From assembly GCA_951406725.2 (NCBI GenBank), contig OX597814.1, positions 46,810,001 through 46,874,000 on the forward strand: a stretch of DNA of 64,000 nt, written 5' to 3'. Position 1 is the stretch's first letter; each line of letters opens with the position of its first letter. Position numbers and translations under genes: made by a program. Origin of the DNA: Octopus vulgaris (taxonomy: Eukaryota). Shown piece by piece: positions 1-13,772 of the stretch. The notes under the pieces were generated by a model that was given only the letters and a program-made list of their open reading frames with translations, did not search any database and was not told where the DNA came from.

Positions 1-2412
1 ATTTCCAACTTTTTAGCTCTTTGTAATGATATTGGTTTCATTCAATCACTCTCTGAATCATTTTGAGCTGAGACAGGATACGGGGAATGTCTTCTTTGCT
101 ATTCAGTTTGTAGTTAATAGCTATATAGTACATATTGGTAATAGCATAACAAGGTTGGTGTAGAATATGTCAAGATTACAAAAGTCAATTAGTTTGGCAA
201 AATAGTCAATTAATTTGATAGAATAAAAATCAATATTTGTTCATGAAGTTATCTTTGAGCTTTGATATAAAAGGGAAAATGGCTATTGTGAACAAGAAAT
301 ATAGCATTTTTTCTAGATAATTTAAGCTGACCCTTTCATACACACTTATTTGAAGTTTCTTCAGATTACGTTGAGATATGCTAGTTAATTCTAATGTAAA
401 TGTTTGCTTATGGTTTAAGAAATAATTATTTACAAGTTCAATTTTCTTGATACAAGAATGAAAATATTTGAAGTAAATTAACTAGGGAATGATATAAGAA
501 ATAACAGTTTATCAGTATTATTGATTAATCTTACAGGGTTAATCTCATAACCTTAAGTATAAACAATAATTAAATGAAAGTATATACTTCCAGAATGAAA
601 ATATTGTGATTTTATGCATTTTTTCTTAATTTCTGTTAGCCTTAAAACTTTTGAAAGAATATGATTGGCAATATTTATATCTTTTTCGAATGAGTGGTTA
701 GAGCAACATGTACCTAGTTTTATAAATTTGTTTCCCCATCATTATAGTGGAAATCTTACATCCTTCTATATGCTCCTCTTCTATGCAGTCAGGTCTTTAA
801 ACAGAATTTTTACAAACAGTGCTAAGACCTTCAATACCATTTGAATACTATTCTTTACTCATAGTAAATCAGTTGTATTTTGTACCTATTCTCCATACCA
901 TCTAGTGCACAGTACTAAACATAGCAAATTTAACAAGTAACTGGACCTCACTGTATTCCAACCAGCAGTTTAAAACAGTGCTCCTTCTCCACTCTAATTG
1001 TTCAGTCTTTTCTTTTTACAGAAATTTTCTGAGACATCAAAATGTTGTCATGTGTATTCCATTCTCAAGAAAGGTAGTCTTATGTCAATTACTGGATTCC
1101 CACTCTTGTATTAGCACATTCAAGTTGATGGACATCAATGTAAACTGCCTCATACTATACTATCATGAGTGTCTTTCCTTTCTCAGACTTTCATTATGAG
1201 ACTTGCAATGAGAGATCTACTGGAGACCTCTTGTATATGAGTGTAATGGTCTTTCCTTTGAGAACTTTAGTGAAAAACAAGCTTACTGCTCTTCATCAAC
1301 ACCATTACTGAATAAGGTTTTCACCAGAAATCTTTTGATAAAAGTGCGTGCTTAATGTCTCCATTCATATAGTTAGGAATTTTTCTGACAGTCTTCTTCA
1401 TTGTAATATCTAGGGAGAGCTCTAATCTTAGCTCTATAAATTTAAGTGTTTTTTGGGATTATTTCCTACATTCTTACATCTTTGGTTAACAATCAGTTAA
1501 CTGTTTTCTTAAAACACTCTCATTCTCATATCACTGATTTAAAATTATATGGTATTTTGCTCAGAACTCCACCACAACTGCAACATTGTGTTCCATTGAA
1601 TTAACTGATATATGCCACTGTTGTACAATATGGTCCTCATTATAACTTTGTTTCCTCTATCCAAAGCTGACTCAACAGAAGCTACTTAAATTTCTCTCTT
1701 ACATTTGGCATGCTCTTGTCTCACATGGAACCTTAAAACCACCCCATTAGTTTGTCCATTTCTTCTGAATAAGGACAGCCAAGTGGTGAGGTGTGATAAC
1801 TTTTTTTTTCAACAGTATCATAACTTTACTTTTGAATATCTTATAAATAAAAAAAGCTTCATCGCATTTTTATAACTTGTAAGAAATACAAGCATCAATC
1901 ACATTCTGTACAAATATCAACAATTTTTCATGAATGTCATATGTACTTCATATTTCCAAGAGGGTTTCAGAAAACAAGGTTCACTCTCTGATCTTCTAAA
2001 TTCAAACCACACTGAAATAATGGCTTCATATTTGGTTCAATATATGCCTATTTTCTAACTTGCACCAGAAAAAAAAATCTTCCAAAAGCACCATCTTATT
2101 CAGTAATCATTGGCTTAATAATTTTCTATTGTTATTGAGATACTCTCTTCCCTTCTGATCTCACCTACTGAAATCACTCTTAAAAGAGTAGGCCAATCAA
2201 GTCTCCTTTCAATTACACTCTAAACAAGGAAAGATATATTGGATAATGTAGCCCTAGATATATTATGCCAGAAAATGGAATGAGATCACCGTGACTGGAA
2301 TTTCCTTTTTACTCTTTTTCAATCACTCTGGTACTTTCATGTTATGTATGTTTTTATTCTAACAATTAACCATTGACCACACTAATCTCACTCTATTATC
2401 TTTATTTCTTAA

Positions 2413-2574
2413 CCCTTTAGCATTTAACTGGCCATATCTGACCCTAATATTCTACCTTGTTTTATGTCAAAACTGGTCAGATGCAGCCTCTCACACCTAC
2501 TACCCTACAATGTCATTCTAAAAATAAACAATCACAACTTCAAAATTTCAAAACTATGAGATAATGCTAAAGGG
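2413..2574. mobile_element. piggyBac-like MITE
   Basis: TTAA on both flanks (2409-2412, 2575-2578); terminal inverted repeats CCCTTTAGCAT / ATGCTAAAGGG; no ORF. Confidence 0.85.
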
Positions 2575-5500
2575 TTAATCTACGAAAGATTGAAAAGAAT
2601 GCATCTTTTTCATCAGATTTATCAGGAAAAAAAAAATCCCACAAATAGTTGATTACACAGAATGTTCAGATGCACTATTAGCATTGTCTGATCTCCTTCA
2701 TTTGCAAGTGGAACTGTTTAACTGTTGGCATACATTAAGAACTTTTGAACTATAATGACAGCTTTATAACGTAATACTTTTTTTTACCTCAGTATTGACT
2801 AAAATATTACACCTTTCTATTTAAGATGATGGAATATACAAGAAAGCATTTTATATAGAAAAATTATTAACGAGACAGCTGATTATAATTATGGAGTATT
2901 TTATATCATGTATGTAATATGAGATGTTTATTTTGAATAAGTCTGTTCTTTTCATTAGAACAATGGTCTTAAATTTTTGAGGCGAATAAGTGATAATGTT
3001 CATAATTATCTCATTTTTTTTTAAGTCAGAGGAGTATTTGTCAGTACCCATAGCTTTTGAAATACTTAAGATGGTCAGATGTAGTTGATGTTCAGCTCAT
3101 GTTTCTGCAGGTTGGTACCAATAAGAAATATGTGGGCAGAGGAAGGTCCTGAACTTAAAGGATGATTGTGCAAAGTGTTAAATAGTTTAGGGTGTGAGAC
3201 ACAGGAGCATGGCAAAAGGGAATTGGTTGGGCTTCGGAAATTGTATCTCTGACTCACCTTATTAAGAGTTCACCACTTGCTTTCACTCACTAAATCTTGT
3301 TTAGAGAATGATTTATAAGTTAGACACTGGAAAGTAATTAGTAATTATAATCTATGTATTTCCGTTTCTTATTCATTAAGATTTTCATCTTGATTTTCTA
3401 ATCAATCTGACTGCCAACATTAGAGAATGTTGTTTGTTGTTGTTACATATACATATATTTTTCTGCTGGCAAATATTGATCTGAGATGAACTTGGAAATT
3501 AGTATATCAACACCGTGATGTTTGCTAGAGCCCATAGTTTATTTCTTTTACTTTTTTTTTTATCTATTTGCTTGATTAATATTCTATCTGTTATTAGCTG
3601 TATTGTTTCTTGAGAGTATCAAGCAATATATTTTCTATTATATAAATATGTTACTAGTCAACTAAGCTTTCAAATCTTATGGTTATAAACTATATTGTTT
3701 TTATAATTTCTATGTAACTGATGATGAATTTATAAAATTTGAAACAGATTTTTTAATGGTATTTGTTTACAAGTTTTTTTTTTTTTACATTAACGCCTTG
3801 TGTTTAAAAATAAGACATCAACATATGTCTTCACTGATTGATTTTAAAATTCATTCATACACACACACACACACATGCACAGGGAAATAAGTTTTTCCAC
3901 ATGAGTAAAAGTATAAAGAAAAGTTGAAAATACAATTTAATAAAATTTATATTTAACTGGCTTCACAAATTTATTTGATTTTCAGAAGTAACAGAATATG
4001 AAGTTTCGTCATAGATGCTTTGTGTGACAATTTTCTTGAAGAGTCTTCAACAATTTATTACATTTTCAAATTTTAAGTATCATTATATTGACATTAAATG
4101 GCTTGTTGTTCTTTCCCAAGTTGTTAGTCTGTCCTTTGATGATGTTAGTATCTAACATTTCCCCATTTAATAAATTACTACCCATGTATGCATTATTAAT
4201 ACATCATCTACTCTTTATATCATCTTTTATCGAGCTCATTAAAATATTAAACCTATGTTCATTTTCACTCTAAATGGTTATAATAATTTCACTTTCCAAG
4301 TTTGTGTTGGCTATCACTAAAAGTGATATACAATTAATTAATTATATAATTGCAATCTATTAATAATAGAAATTACAAATCTAAACACTCTACTAATTTG
4401 CAAACTCTTATTGATCTACAAATTTGGTATGCATTCTTCAATTGGGTTAATACTATCATATGTAGGTGTGTGTGTGTGTGTGTGTGTGTGTTACATATCA
4501 GTGGGAATAAAGTAGTTTCAATCTCATTTTGTGATTTTATTTAATAACAGCTGGTTTATTTACTGTTTCAGTCTGGACTAGCCATATGCTGGGAGTAACT
4601 GATATAGTTTGACTTCTGCATCTGTAGGGAGCTAGTTACTTTGTAGAAACTATGTCTTCCATACCATTTATGAACCTGATATGCACATAATTAGGATAAG
4701 CTATGAGTGATTTAAATTTTTAACTATACACATACCACACAGATGAATTGTACCAAGTTGGAAGTATTGATTCTGTAGAAATTTTTTTGGAAAATGAGAA
4801 CTTTCCACAAAGTGTTTTATTGATAGTTGTAATAGATCATATAGCATGTAGAGCATGGCTTCTTGCATTAAATGTTTAGTTTTTCATTTCAAGAGCTAAC
4901 TTTATAATGGTTTCCAACAATTCCATTATACTTTTTGCACTGTGAGTTATCTTAAGGATTTATGTGGGATTGTACCCTTTTGTAGAAGTCCCATGCTTAT
5001 TTAGGAATCTTTCAACTTGGGAGAAATGAAAGGAACTTTCTAGCTGAAAGAATTAATAACATTCTAAAAATGGAGGAGAGATGGCTTAGGCACTTACTAG
5101 TAGAAGTACTTGCATCATGGCGTGGATCAGTGAATGGGAGACAAAGAAAAAAATTGTTCAATTATAAATAAATGTAAATTTGAATTATTACAAAGAATAA
5201 GAGTCCCTTTAAAGTGTATTGACAAACATTCAAATAAATGAGTATTGTTTAAGAAAATTATATTTCAGGTAATAAAAACTAGGTTTAATTTTATTACATG
5301 GTTATGTACAGTATTTCTTCAATGAAAAACATTAGGTTATACGCTTTTAGAAAATAAGCATAGGGTGTACTAAGGAATTATGTGGTCATTATAAATTTAA
5401 AGCTGTAACTCAAGTGTGAGACTTGTGATTACATAGGTTTACTTATCCAGATCTTTAGTTTATAATGTGTGTGTGTGTGAGAGAGAGAAGGGTGAATTTG

Positions 5501-6524
5501 AGCCTTTTATAATTTTATATTTTGCCATGGTTTTATTGCCTAACACAAACTTTGATCTTACCACTAAATCAAAATGTTTCATGAGGGAATGTTTGTTTTC
5601 TCACAGCTCTTGTAATTGTGTAAGCTTCTTTTTCAACACTGTGTTAAATGGGTTTTTTCTTTCTTGTTTTACTAGAATTAAAGGACCTTGAGGAAAATGC
5701 CATAGGTCTATTATTACCTTATGATAATGTTGCAGAAAAAGCTTCATCAGTAGCACATGTTTCAATAGTAAAAAGCAATTCATCATTGATAGTAGCCACA
5801 GCTACATGTTTAAGCCTTTAATATTTGTAATAAAATACACTATCTGTGACTTTTAATTAATTTTGAAAATAACCAAGCATTTGATGGAACAACATGTTCT
5901 TGCATAAAACCATATTGGAATGTTTTGAATATAAATACTTTAAAAATGAGAGATTTTGTATCATAGAAAAGGCTTCATCTGGTTGGATCAAAAGAGTTGA
6001 TATTAATTTTGAAAAAATCAATACATTTTACAGTCCTCAGACAGAAAGAAACTTGCTGCAACTTTCAAAATAGTAGGAAAGAATTCATTTTGTGTAATAT
6101 GAGAAATTAAGAATTTGTAGTAATTCATCACTATTTTCAGGGATAGATAACTCTTCAAGAGGTTGAAGGTTTCCTAGATCAAGTGATCATTCTCCATGTG
6201 ATATTAAATAACTTAAGAAATTAATTGACATTACATTGTTTTTACATGTTTTTTAGTTCTCATTATGCCTGGCAACTTTAAAAACAAATCAAAAGGTTAT
6301 CAATGTGTTTAACTTTGTCACCACAAACTTAATAAAAATGTATCTTTCTCTTAAAAGTTTTGAAATTTTGACTCTATCAGTTCTTTATCTTTCATCTTAA
6401 TATGGTTTTGTTGCAACAAGTTTGTAATTTGGTGTGAGACTCACAGGTTTCCATGGCCACTTGTAGATAAGTACTATCACAAATTAAAAGAAAAGGTTCT
6501 GATCCATGATAAGTAACTCTAATT

Positions 6525-7555
6525 TCATCATCATCATCATTTAAGGTCTGTTGTCCATGCTGGCATAGGTTGGATGGTTTGACCAGGGCTGGTAAGCTGA
6601 GGGGCTGCACCAGATTTCAGCCTGATTTGGCATGGTTGCCCTTCCTAATGCCAACCACCCCAAGAATTTAATGGGTGCTTTTACATGCCACTAGTATGAC
6701 ACCAGTATCTATCACAACTACAGTTTCACTCAGCTTGATGGATCTTCTTTCTCAAGCACAGCATATTGCCAGGGGTGTTGGTCATTTGTCATTGCCTCCA
6801 TGAAGCCCAGTGCTCAAAAGGTGCTTTTTACATGCCATTGGCGTGGTTCCTAGTTCCATGACACCATCCTTGGCTACATTACCTCCGTGAGGCCCAATGC
6901 TCAAAAGGTGTTTTTTATGTGCCACCAGCACAGGTGCCAGTTACATGACACCAACAACAGCCATAACTATGATTTCACATGATTTGACAGGTCTTCGCAA
7001 GCACAGCATATTGCCAAATGTCTTGGTTGTAAGTCATTACCTCCATGAGGCCCAACATTCGAAGATCATGCCTCACCACTTCATCCCATGTCTTCCTGGG
7101 TCTCCATCTTCCACAGCTTCCTTCCACTGGTAGAGATTGGTATTTTTTCACACAACTGTTCACATCCATATGCATCGCATGACCATACCAACACAGTTGT
7201 CTCTCTTGCACACCACATCTTATGCTGCTTATACCCAAAGCATACTAGCTTAATTTCTTTCAAGCTTATGCATGTCATCAGCAGTCACAGCCAATGTTTC
7301 ACTGCCATGTAGCATGGCTGTTTGAACACAGGCATCATACAATTTGCCTTTCACACTGAGGGAGAGGTCCTTTGTTATCAACAGAGGTAGGAGCTCTCTG
7401 AACTTTGCCCAACTTATTATTCTAGCAGCTATGCCCTCTGAGCATCCATCCCTGCTGCTGGCTTGGTCATGTAGGTAATGGAAGCTATCAACTACTTCTA
7501 GTTTTTCTCCCTGGCATTTGATGGAGTCTATTTTCTGTACATATTTAGTGTTAAT
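6525..7555 (-). mobile_element. 5'-truncated RTE-clade LINE (C-terminal ORF remnant, 3' UTR, (GAT)n tail)
   Basis: Minus-strand peptide ...ERQLCWYGHAMHM...VEGSCGRWRPRKTWDEVVRHDL; (CAT)n at 6526-6540; similar to 10990-12343. Confidence 0.9.
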
Positions 7556-8794
7556 GTAATTTCAAACAAGGTAGATCAAGAATCACATTTGCACTAAGTT
7601 GTGGAAGAACATTTATTGAAATTGTAGTAATACAAAATCTGTTAGTTTGGAACTATCTATAGAAACAATACCATGTTGAGTTGGTTTGCTAATTTTTGGC
7701 AGATGAACTTCTTAGATTAGCCTATTTCTATGAGAATTTCAACTGTCTTATCTAACATTGTAATAAAAAATGTCAGGGGTCAAGTTGCCGAATATACAGT
7801 CATCAAAGAAATTGGATATAGAGTGAATAGCTTAAGATGATGTTTTTAGATTAAGGGGTGGATGTGACCATCAGATGGGCTGACAATAGCCTAATGTTTT
7901 ACTCTTTTATACTTTCAACAAAGAGCTGTTTTAGTTGGACATGAGGCACAAGAGTGGATCTTTCAAGCTGCTCGAGAAAAACATGTGCTCCAAGTTTTAG
8001 GATTAGCTGCTGAGGATCATTCAAATTTACTCTTTAAATTTTCTGTCTTCACTTTGATAGAATTTTGCATTAGGCTGAGGTTGTTCCAAAGAGATCTACA
8101 GATGGTACTATCCAGTGTTAAGGTTTTGTTCCCTAGTAGTATGGTACTGATAATGTTTAAATATATTCCATATATAAAGGAATCTCTTATAAATGATGAT
8201 TTATTTTCTTCAATATTGTAATAATTTGTTCATACAATTAGATTATATGGAAATTCATTTGTGTTTTTATCAGGGTTTTGAACTTGTATTGAGAGAAAGT
8301 GTCTGGTATATATATTTCATTGGGTACTTTCATATAAGATTCCTTTTATCATTTAAAACATTATCAAAAGTTTTGAAATCCTGTGTAATGTCTACATTAG
8401 ACCTTATATATAGAACAAAAGCTCTAGCTTATTAGGTTTAAGGTCAGTTATTAGGAAATATTTAAATCCCCTTGTCTATAACTCCTTATCACAATGAGGA
8501 GAGTTTGTTAAAATCTCAAATTTGTTTGATTTAGCTATCTTGTCTTTATTGATTAGTAATTGAAAACTTTTAAGTTCTCTAATCTGTTATGTTAAAGATG
8601 CAGAGGCTATCTTGTGGTTTATAATTACTGGCTAGAAACAAAATTTCAACAGATATTGTGGTAATTGTATTTGTGACCAAGTTACAGATGTTACAAAACT
8701 TTTTAACACTTCATATTAAGAAATGTTAATGTGAATATAACAGTTTCTTTGGTGTTTTTAAATTAATAAAAATCCTTTTCCATGATATAACTAT

Positions 8795-8798
<4 letters not shown>

Positions 8799-8834
<36 letters not shown>
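8799..8834. repeat. (TA)n microsatellite
   Basis: Uninterrupted TA run. Confidence 0.95.
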
Positions 8835-8838
<4 letters not shown>

Positions 8839-8907
8839 ATAGTTATATCATGGAAAAGGTCTCTAGAGCTGTGGAAGAATGTTATTTTCTTGGACGAGTC
8901 CTCCTTT

Positions 8908-9107
8908 ACCTGACTGGCTCCCATGCTGGTGGCACATAAGAAGCAACCACTACACTCTTGGGAGTCGTTAGCATTAGGAGAGGCATCCAGTTGTAGAAAC
9001 ATTGCCAGATCAGATTGGAGCCTGATGCAGCTTCCTGCCTTGCCAGTCCCCAGTGAAACCATCCACACCATACCAGCATGAAAAATGGACGTTAAATGAT
9101 GATGATG
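8908..9107 (+). mobile_element. RTE LINE 3'-end fragment
   Basis: gcattaggagaggcatccagttgtagaaac...cagcatgaaaaatggacgttaaatgatgatgat, the same terminus as the 10300-12343 copy. Confidence 0.85.
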
Positions 9108-9112
9108 TATGT

Positions 9113-9158
<46 letters not shown>

Positions 9159-9411
9159 ATATGTATGTATATGTATATATATGTGTGTTTATGTATATAT
9201 ATAGGTATTTGTGTGTGTATATATATATATATCTATATATATATATGTGTATATAGATATGTGTGTATATATGTATGTGTATGTGTATATAGATATGTGT
9301 GTATATATGTATGTGTATGTGTATATAGATATGTGTGTATATATGTATGTATATGTGTATATATATATATTTATAAATGTCTTTGTATATATATGTGTAT
9401 TTGTGTGTGTG

Positions 9412-9447
<36 letters not shown>
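9108..9447. repeat. Compound (TA)n/(TG)n microsatellite with a higher-order ~30-nt unit
   Basis: gtgtatatagatatgtgtgtatatatgtat repeated three times at ~9247-9350. Confidence 0.9.
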
Positions 9448-9453
<6 letters not shown>

Positions 9454-10299
9454 TAAATACGTTATAGAAAGTATGGGCTATTTACAGTGCTCATAGAGAG
9501 CGAGTGCAAACATACAGAGTAGAAGTTGAAAACCCAAATCACAGGCTGTCAAACATATTCCTGAACGCATAAATGAAGATATTCCATCAATGTAATTGAA
9601 TCATATATATTTATACACATCAACATAAATCATGCATGTACAGGTGTAAAGATTCTTCAGGGGTATAAAGAATAAAAACCAAACAAACATAAAATTATAG
9701 AAGAAATATAAAAACATAAAAATACATATAAAATTACATATAAATAAAGACATGTAAAAAGTTATGCGTGATAAATATAGGTGGTGCAGAATGAATGAGA
9801 GTTGATAAATGTAGGAATAAAAATGTCAGCCTTCAAAATGGCAAACTGCCTAAATCTTCTAAAAATTCTGTATACATCTAGGATATAAAATAGAAATTAT
9901 GCAAGATATCAAGGTTAAGAGAAATAAATAAAATAGGATCTGAGAATAAGAGGGTGTTCCATCAACAGCCATCTCAAGGGTACATAAATGTTCAGGATTA
10001 AAAAGTATATACTCCATATATGCAATGTCCTCATCATCAGGATGATGTCCTCCTCTGTGGTTGCCATTGTACTAATAAAACAGAATCAAGAGTTCCTAAT
10101 AAAATGTTTTACAGCTCGTACGCAAATGATCACGTTTTCTATGAGCAGAAGAATCCAAATACTGGGGAATCATAATTATAACTACAAACATTCTAATTCA
10201 ATTACCTAGTAGACCTAATTTTATAGGTTTTCAGAAATGGCTACTGGAGGGGACTGCATCTGAAAACTTACTTAACATATCAGCATTATATAATTTAAG

Positions 10300-12343
10300 G
10301 ATTATATATTAGATGAGATGCAGTTTGGGTTCGTGCCTGGGAAAAGGACCACTGATGCTATATTTCAGGTAAGACAGCTGCCGGAGAAATACCTATCCAA
10401 AGATAAACCTCTGTACCTGGCTTTCGTTGACATGGAGAAAGCCTTTGACAGGATCCCCTGATCTCTTATCTGGTGGTCAATGAGGAAACTAGGGATAGAT
10501 GAATGGTTAGTAAGAGCTGTGCAAGCCATGTGCAGAGATGGTGTCAGTAAGGTGAGGGTTGGCAGCGAGTACAGTGGAGAATTCTGAGTTGGGGTAGCGG
10601 TCCACCAAGGATCAGTCCTCAGCCCCCTCTTATCATTGTCCTCCAGGCAATAACAGAGGAATTCAAGACAGGATGCCCCTGGGATCTCCTCTATGCTGAT
10701 GACCTTATTCTAATTGCTGAGTCACTATCAGAACTAGAGGAAAAGTTTCAGGTGTGGAAGCAAGGATTAGAATTGAAAGGCCTTAGAGACAACCTAGCTA
10801 AAACCAAAGTCTTAATAAGTAGGAAGGCAGACAAACCACAAATCCCATCAGGAAAATGGCTCTGCTCGATCTGTAGAAAAGGTATAGGTAGAAACTCCAT
10901 AAGAGATGCAGCAATATCAAAGGGAGGCTAACTGGGAAGATAGTTTTTGTATGTGGCAAATGCTCAGATGTTAAAAGCACAAAAAATGTGCAGAGAACAG
11001 CTTCTGTCACATTCCAGGGAGAAAAACTAGAAGTAGTTTATAGCTTCCATTACCTAAGGGACCAAGTCAGTAGCAGGGGTGGATGCTCTGAAAGTGTAGC
11101 TGCTAGAATAAGAATAACCTGAGCAAAGTTCAGAGAGCTTCTACTTCTGCTAGTGACAAAGGGCCTCTTGCTCAGAGTAAAAGGAATACTGCATGACACA
11201 TGTGTGTGAACAGCCATGCTACATGGCAATGAAACATGGGCCGTGACTGCTGAGGATATGCATAAGCTTTCAAGGAATGAAGCCAGTATGCTCTGCTGGA
11301 TGTGTAATGTCAGTGTGCATACACGACAGTGTAAGCACCCTGAGAGAAAAGTTGGATTTAAGAAGCATCAGATGTAGTGTGCAAGAGAGATGACTGCGCT
11401 GGTATGGTCATGTGTTACGAATGAATGAGGACAGCTGTGTGAAAAAGTGTTACACCCTAGCAGTTGAGGGAACCCGTGGAAGAGGTAGACCCAAGAAAAC
11501 CTGGGATGAGGTGGTGAAGCATGACCTTCAAACATTGGGCCTTACTGAGGCATTGACTAGTGACCAGGAAATTTGGAGATATGCTGTGCTTGAGAATACC
11601 TGACAAGCCAAGTGAGACCATAGCCCATGGCCTATGCCAGTGGGTGTAACTGGCCTATTTATGAATACCCCTCATTCATTGGACAATAAACCTTGCTTGT
11701 GAAGACCTATTGAAGCAAGTGAAATCAAAATCACTGACATGGCTGATGACAGTACTGCCTGATTGGGGTGTAACGGGCCCACTTTGAGTACTGCTCATTC
11801 ATTGGACAGTGAACTTTGCTTGCGAAGACCTACTGAGGCAAGTGTAAACAAACCAAAATCACTGACATGGCAGATGACAGTCCCGGCTGATTAGCACTCA
11901 TGCCAGTGGAACATTGAAAAGCATATCTGAGTGTGATTGTTGCCAGGGCCACAGATGTCTCCCGTACTGGTGACACATGAAAAGCACCATTCAAGCATAA
12001 TCATTGCCAGCATCGCCTTACTGGCACATGTGCCAGTGACATGTGAAAAACAACATTTAAGCGGGATTGTTGCCAGTGCCACCGGACTGGCTCCCGTGCA
12101 GGTAGCACATAAAAACATCTTTTGAGCGTGGTTGTTACCAGAACCGCCTGACAGGCTCTCATGCTGCTGGCATGTAAAAAGCACCTGCTACACTCTTGGA
12201 GTGGTTGGCATTAGGAAAGGCATCCAGCTGTAAAAACTTTGCCTGATCAGATTAGCCTGGTGCAGCCTCTGGCTTACCAGTCCTCAGTCAAACCGTCCAA
12301 CCCATGCCAGCATGGAAAACTGACATTAAATGATGACGATGAT
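10300..12343 (+). mobile_element. 5'-truncated, decayed RTE-clade LINE (RT pseudogene plus 3' UTR)
   Basis: LDEMQFGFVPGKRTTDAIF, LYLAFVDMEKAFDRIP, VHQGSVLSP, LLYADDL (~10690), NLAKTKVL and GRGRPKKTW, with in-frame stops and frameshifts; ends in a (GAT)n tail. Confidence 0.95.
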
Positions 12344-12474
12344 ATATGTGTGTGTGTGTGTATATATGTATGTATGTGTATATATATAAATATATATATG
12401 TATGTATGTGTATATATATAAATATATATATGTATGTATGTGTATATATATAAATATATATATGTATGTATGTG

Positions 12475-12507
<33 letters not shown>

Positions 12508-12768
12508 GTGTGTGTATATATATATATGTGTGTGTGTGTGTATATATATATATGTGTGTGTGTGTATATATATATATGTGTGTGTGTATATATATATATG
12601 TGTGTGTGTGTATATATATATATGTGTGTGTGTATATATGTGTGTGTGTATATATATATGTGTGTGTGTGTGTGTGTATATATGTGTGTGTGTACATATG
12701 TGTGTGTGTGTGTGTACATATGTGTGTGTGTATATATGTGTGTGTATATGTGTGTGTGTGTATATATA

Positions 12769-12802
<34 letters not shown>
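12344..12802. repeat. Long compound (TA)n(TG)n microsatellite
   Basis: About 460 nt of alternating TA/TG tracts; source of the spurious YI/CV/HT-rich ORFs. Confidence 0.95.
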
Positions 12803-12803
<1 letters not shown>

Positions 12804-13515
12804 TCCGGCCAGCTGTTAGATTAAAAGGAAATGAAATTCTCATCCCTGAGCTTGAAAAACTTGTTCAATTCTCATCAAATACATTTGAATAGAAACAATT
12901 TCAAAAATGTTCTAGTAAATGTTTTGAAGAAACTTTTCTTTGTATTTTGTCCATTCCATCTTCGATAATAGATGCTGTATATATGATTTTTCTGTGCTGC
13001 ACATCCTAGGACAGACTACTATTAGCAAACCTATTTATCTTATTGTAGCAGAAACCAACACAAATTCATATGTGAAGAGCAGGTGTTTTGAAAACCAGCT
13101 GTATTGATTTGTGAGGTTAATCAGTTATCTTTCATTTCTTATGCAATTCATTTCATTTACTTGAATTTGTTGAGAATAATTACAATAGTAGCATTTTTGG
13201 CAAATGTTATATTTATCATGTCTTTTAATTTTGATTAAACTTCTCACTGTATTTTGTGTGTTTGTAAGTTTTTAATTCCCACCAATTACTAATGTTGCTG
13301 GAGAAATTGTTTTTTAACTGTTACAAGTTAAAAATTAGATACAATTTTTTCCTAGTATCTAGAATGTTAAATTCTAGGCAGACTTACTATGTTCTTTTCA
13401 TGTAAGATTACTCATCGTTAAGAAGTCTTTCTTTTACAGCAGTGAATTTTCTTGTAATGGCTTATGTTATGATGGTCATCAGTTTTATACTTGAACACTT
13501 TTGCAGTTAAATTCC

Positions 13516-13772
13516 ATTGGCCCCCGTGCCGGTGACACGTAAAAGCACCATCCGTTCGTGGCCATTTGCCAGCCCTGTCTGGCACCTGTGCGGGTGGCAC
13601 GTAAAAAGCACCCACTACACTCACGGAGTGATTGGCGTTAGGAAGGGCATCCAGCCGTAGAAACACTGCCAGATCTGACTGGGCCTGATGAAGCCTTCCA
13701 GCTTCACAGACCCCAGTTGAACCGTCCAACCCATGCTAGCATGGAAAACGGATGCTAAATGATGATGATGAT
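13516..13772 (+). mobile_element. RTE LINE 3'-end fragment, CpG-retaining and so relatively young
   Basis: gtggcacgtaaaaagcacccactacactcacggagtgattggcgttaggaagggcatccagccgtagaaac...gatgatgatgat. Confidence 0.88.

Noticed and set aside
760-2350. Faint LINE RT-like traces (PFSRKG / KLMD-like); similar traces at 51250-51800 and 32560-32860
   Set aside because: Too eroded to assign boundaries or a family without a profile search.
5134-5200. ATG GGA GAC AAA GAA (MGDKE) as a possible USP32 first exon
   Set aside because: Downstream residues do not resemble the USP32 start, and there is no GT donor at the expected phase-1 position.
9053-12892. Long ORFs rich in Y/I/C/V/H/T (also at 21359-22453)
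   Set aside because: They are translations of TA/TG microsatellites, which lack stop codons; not genes.
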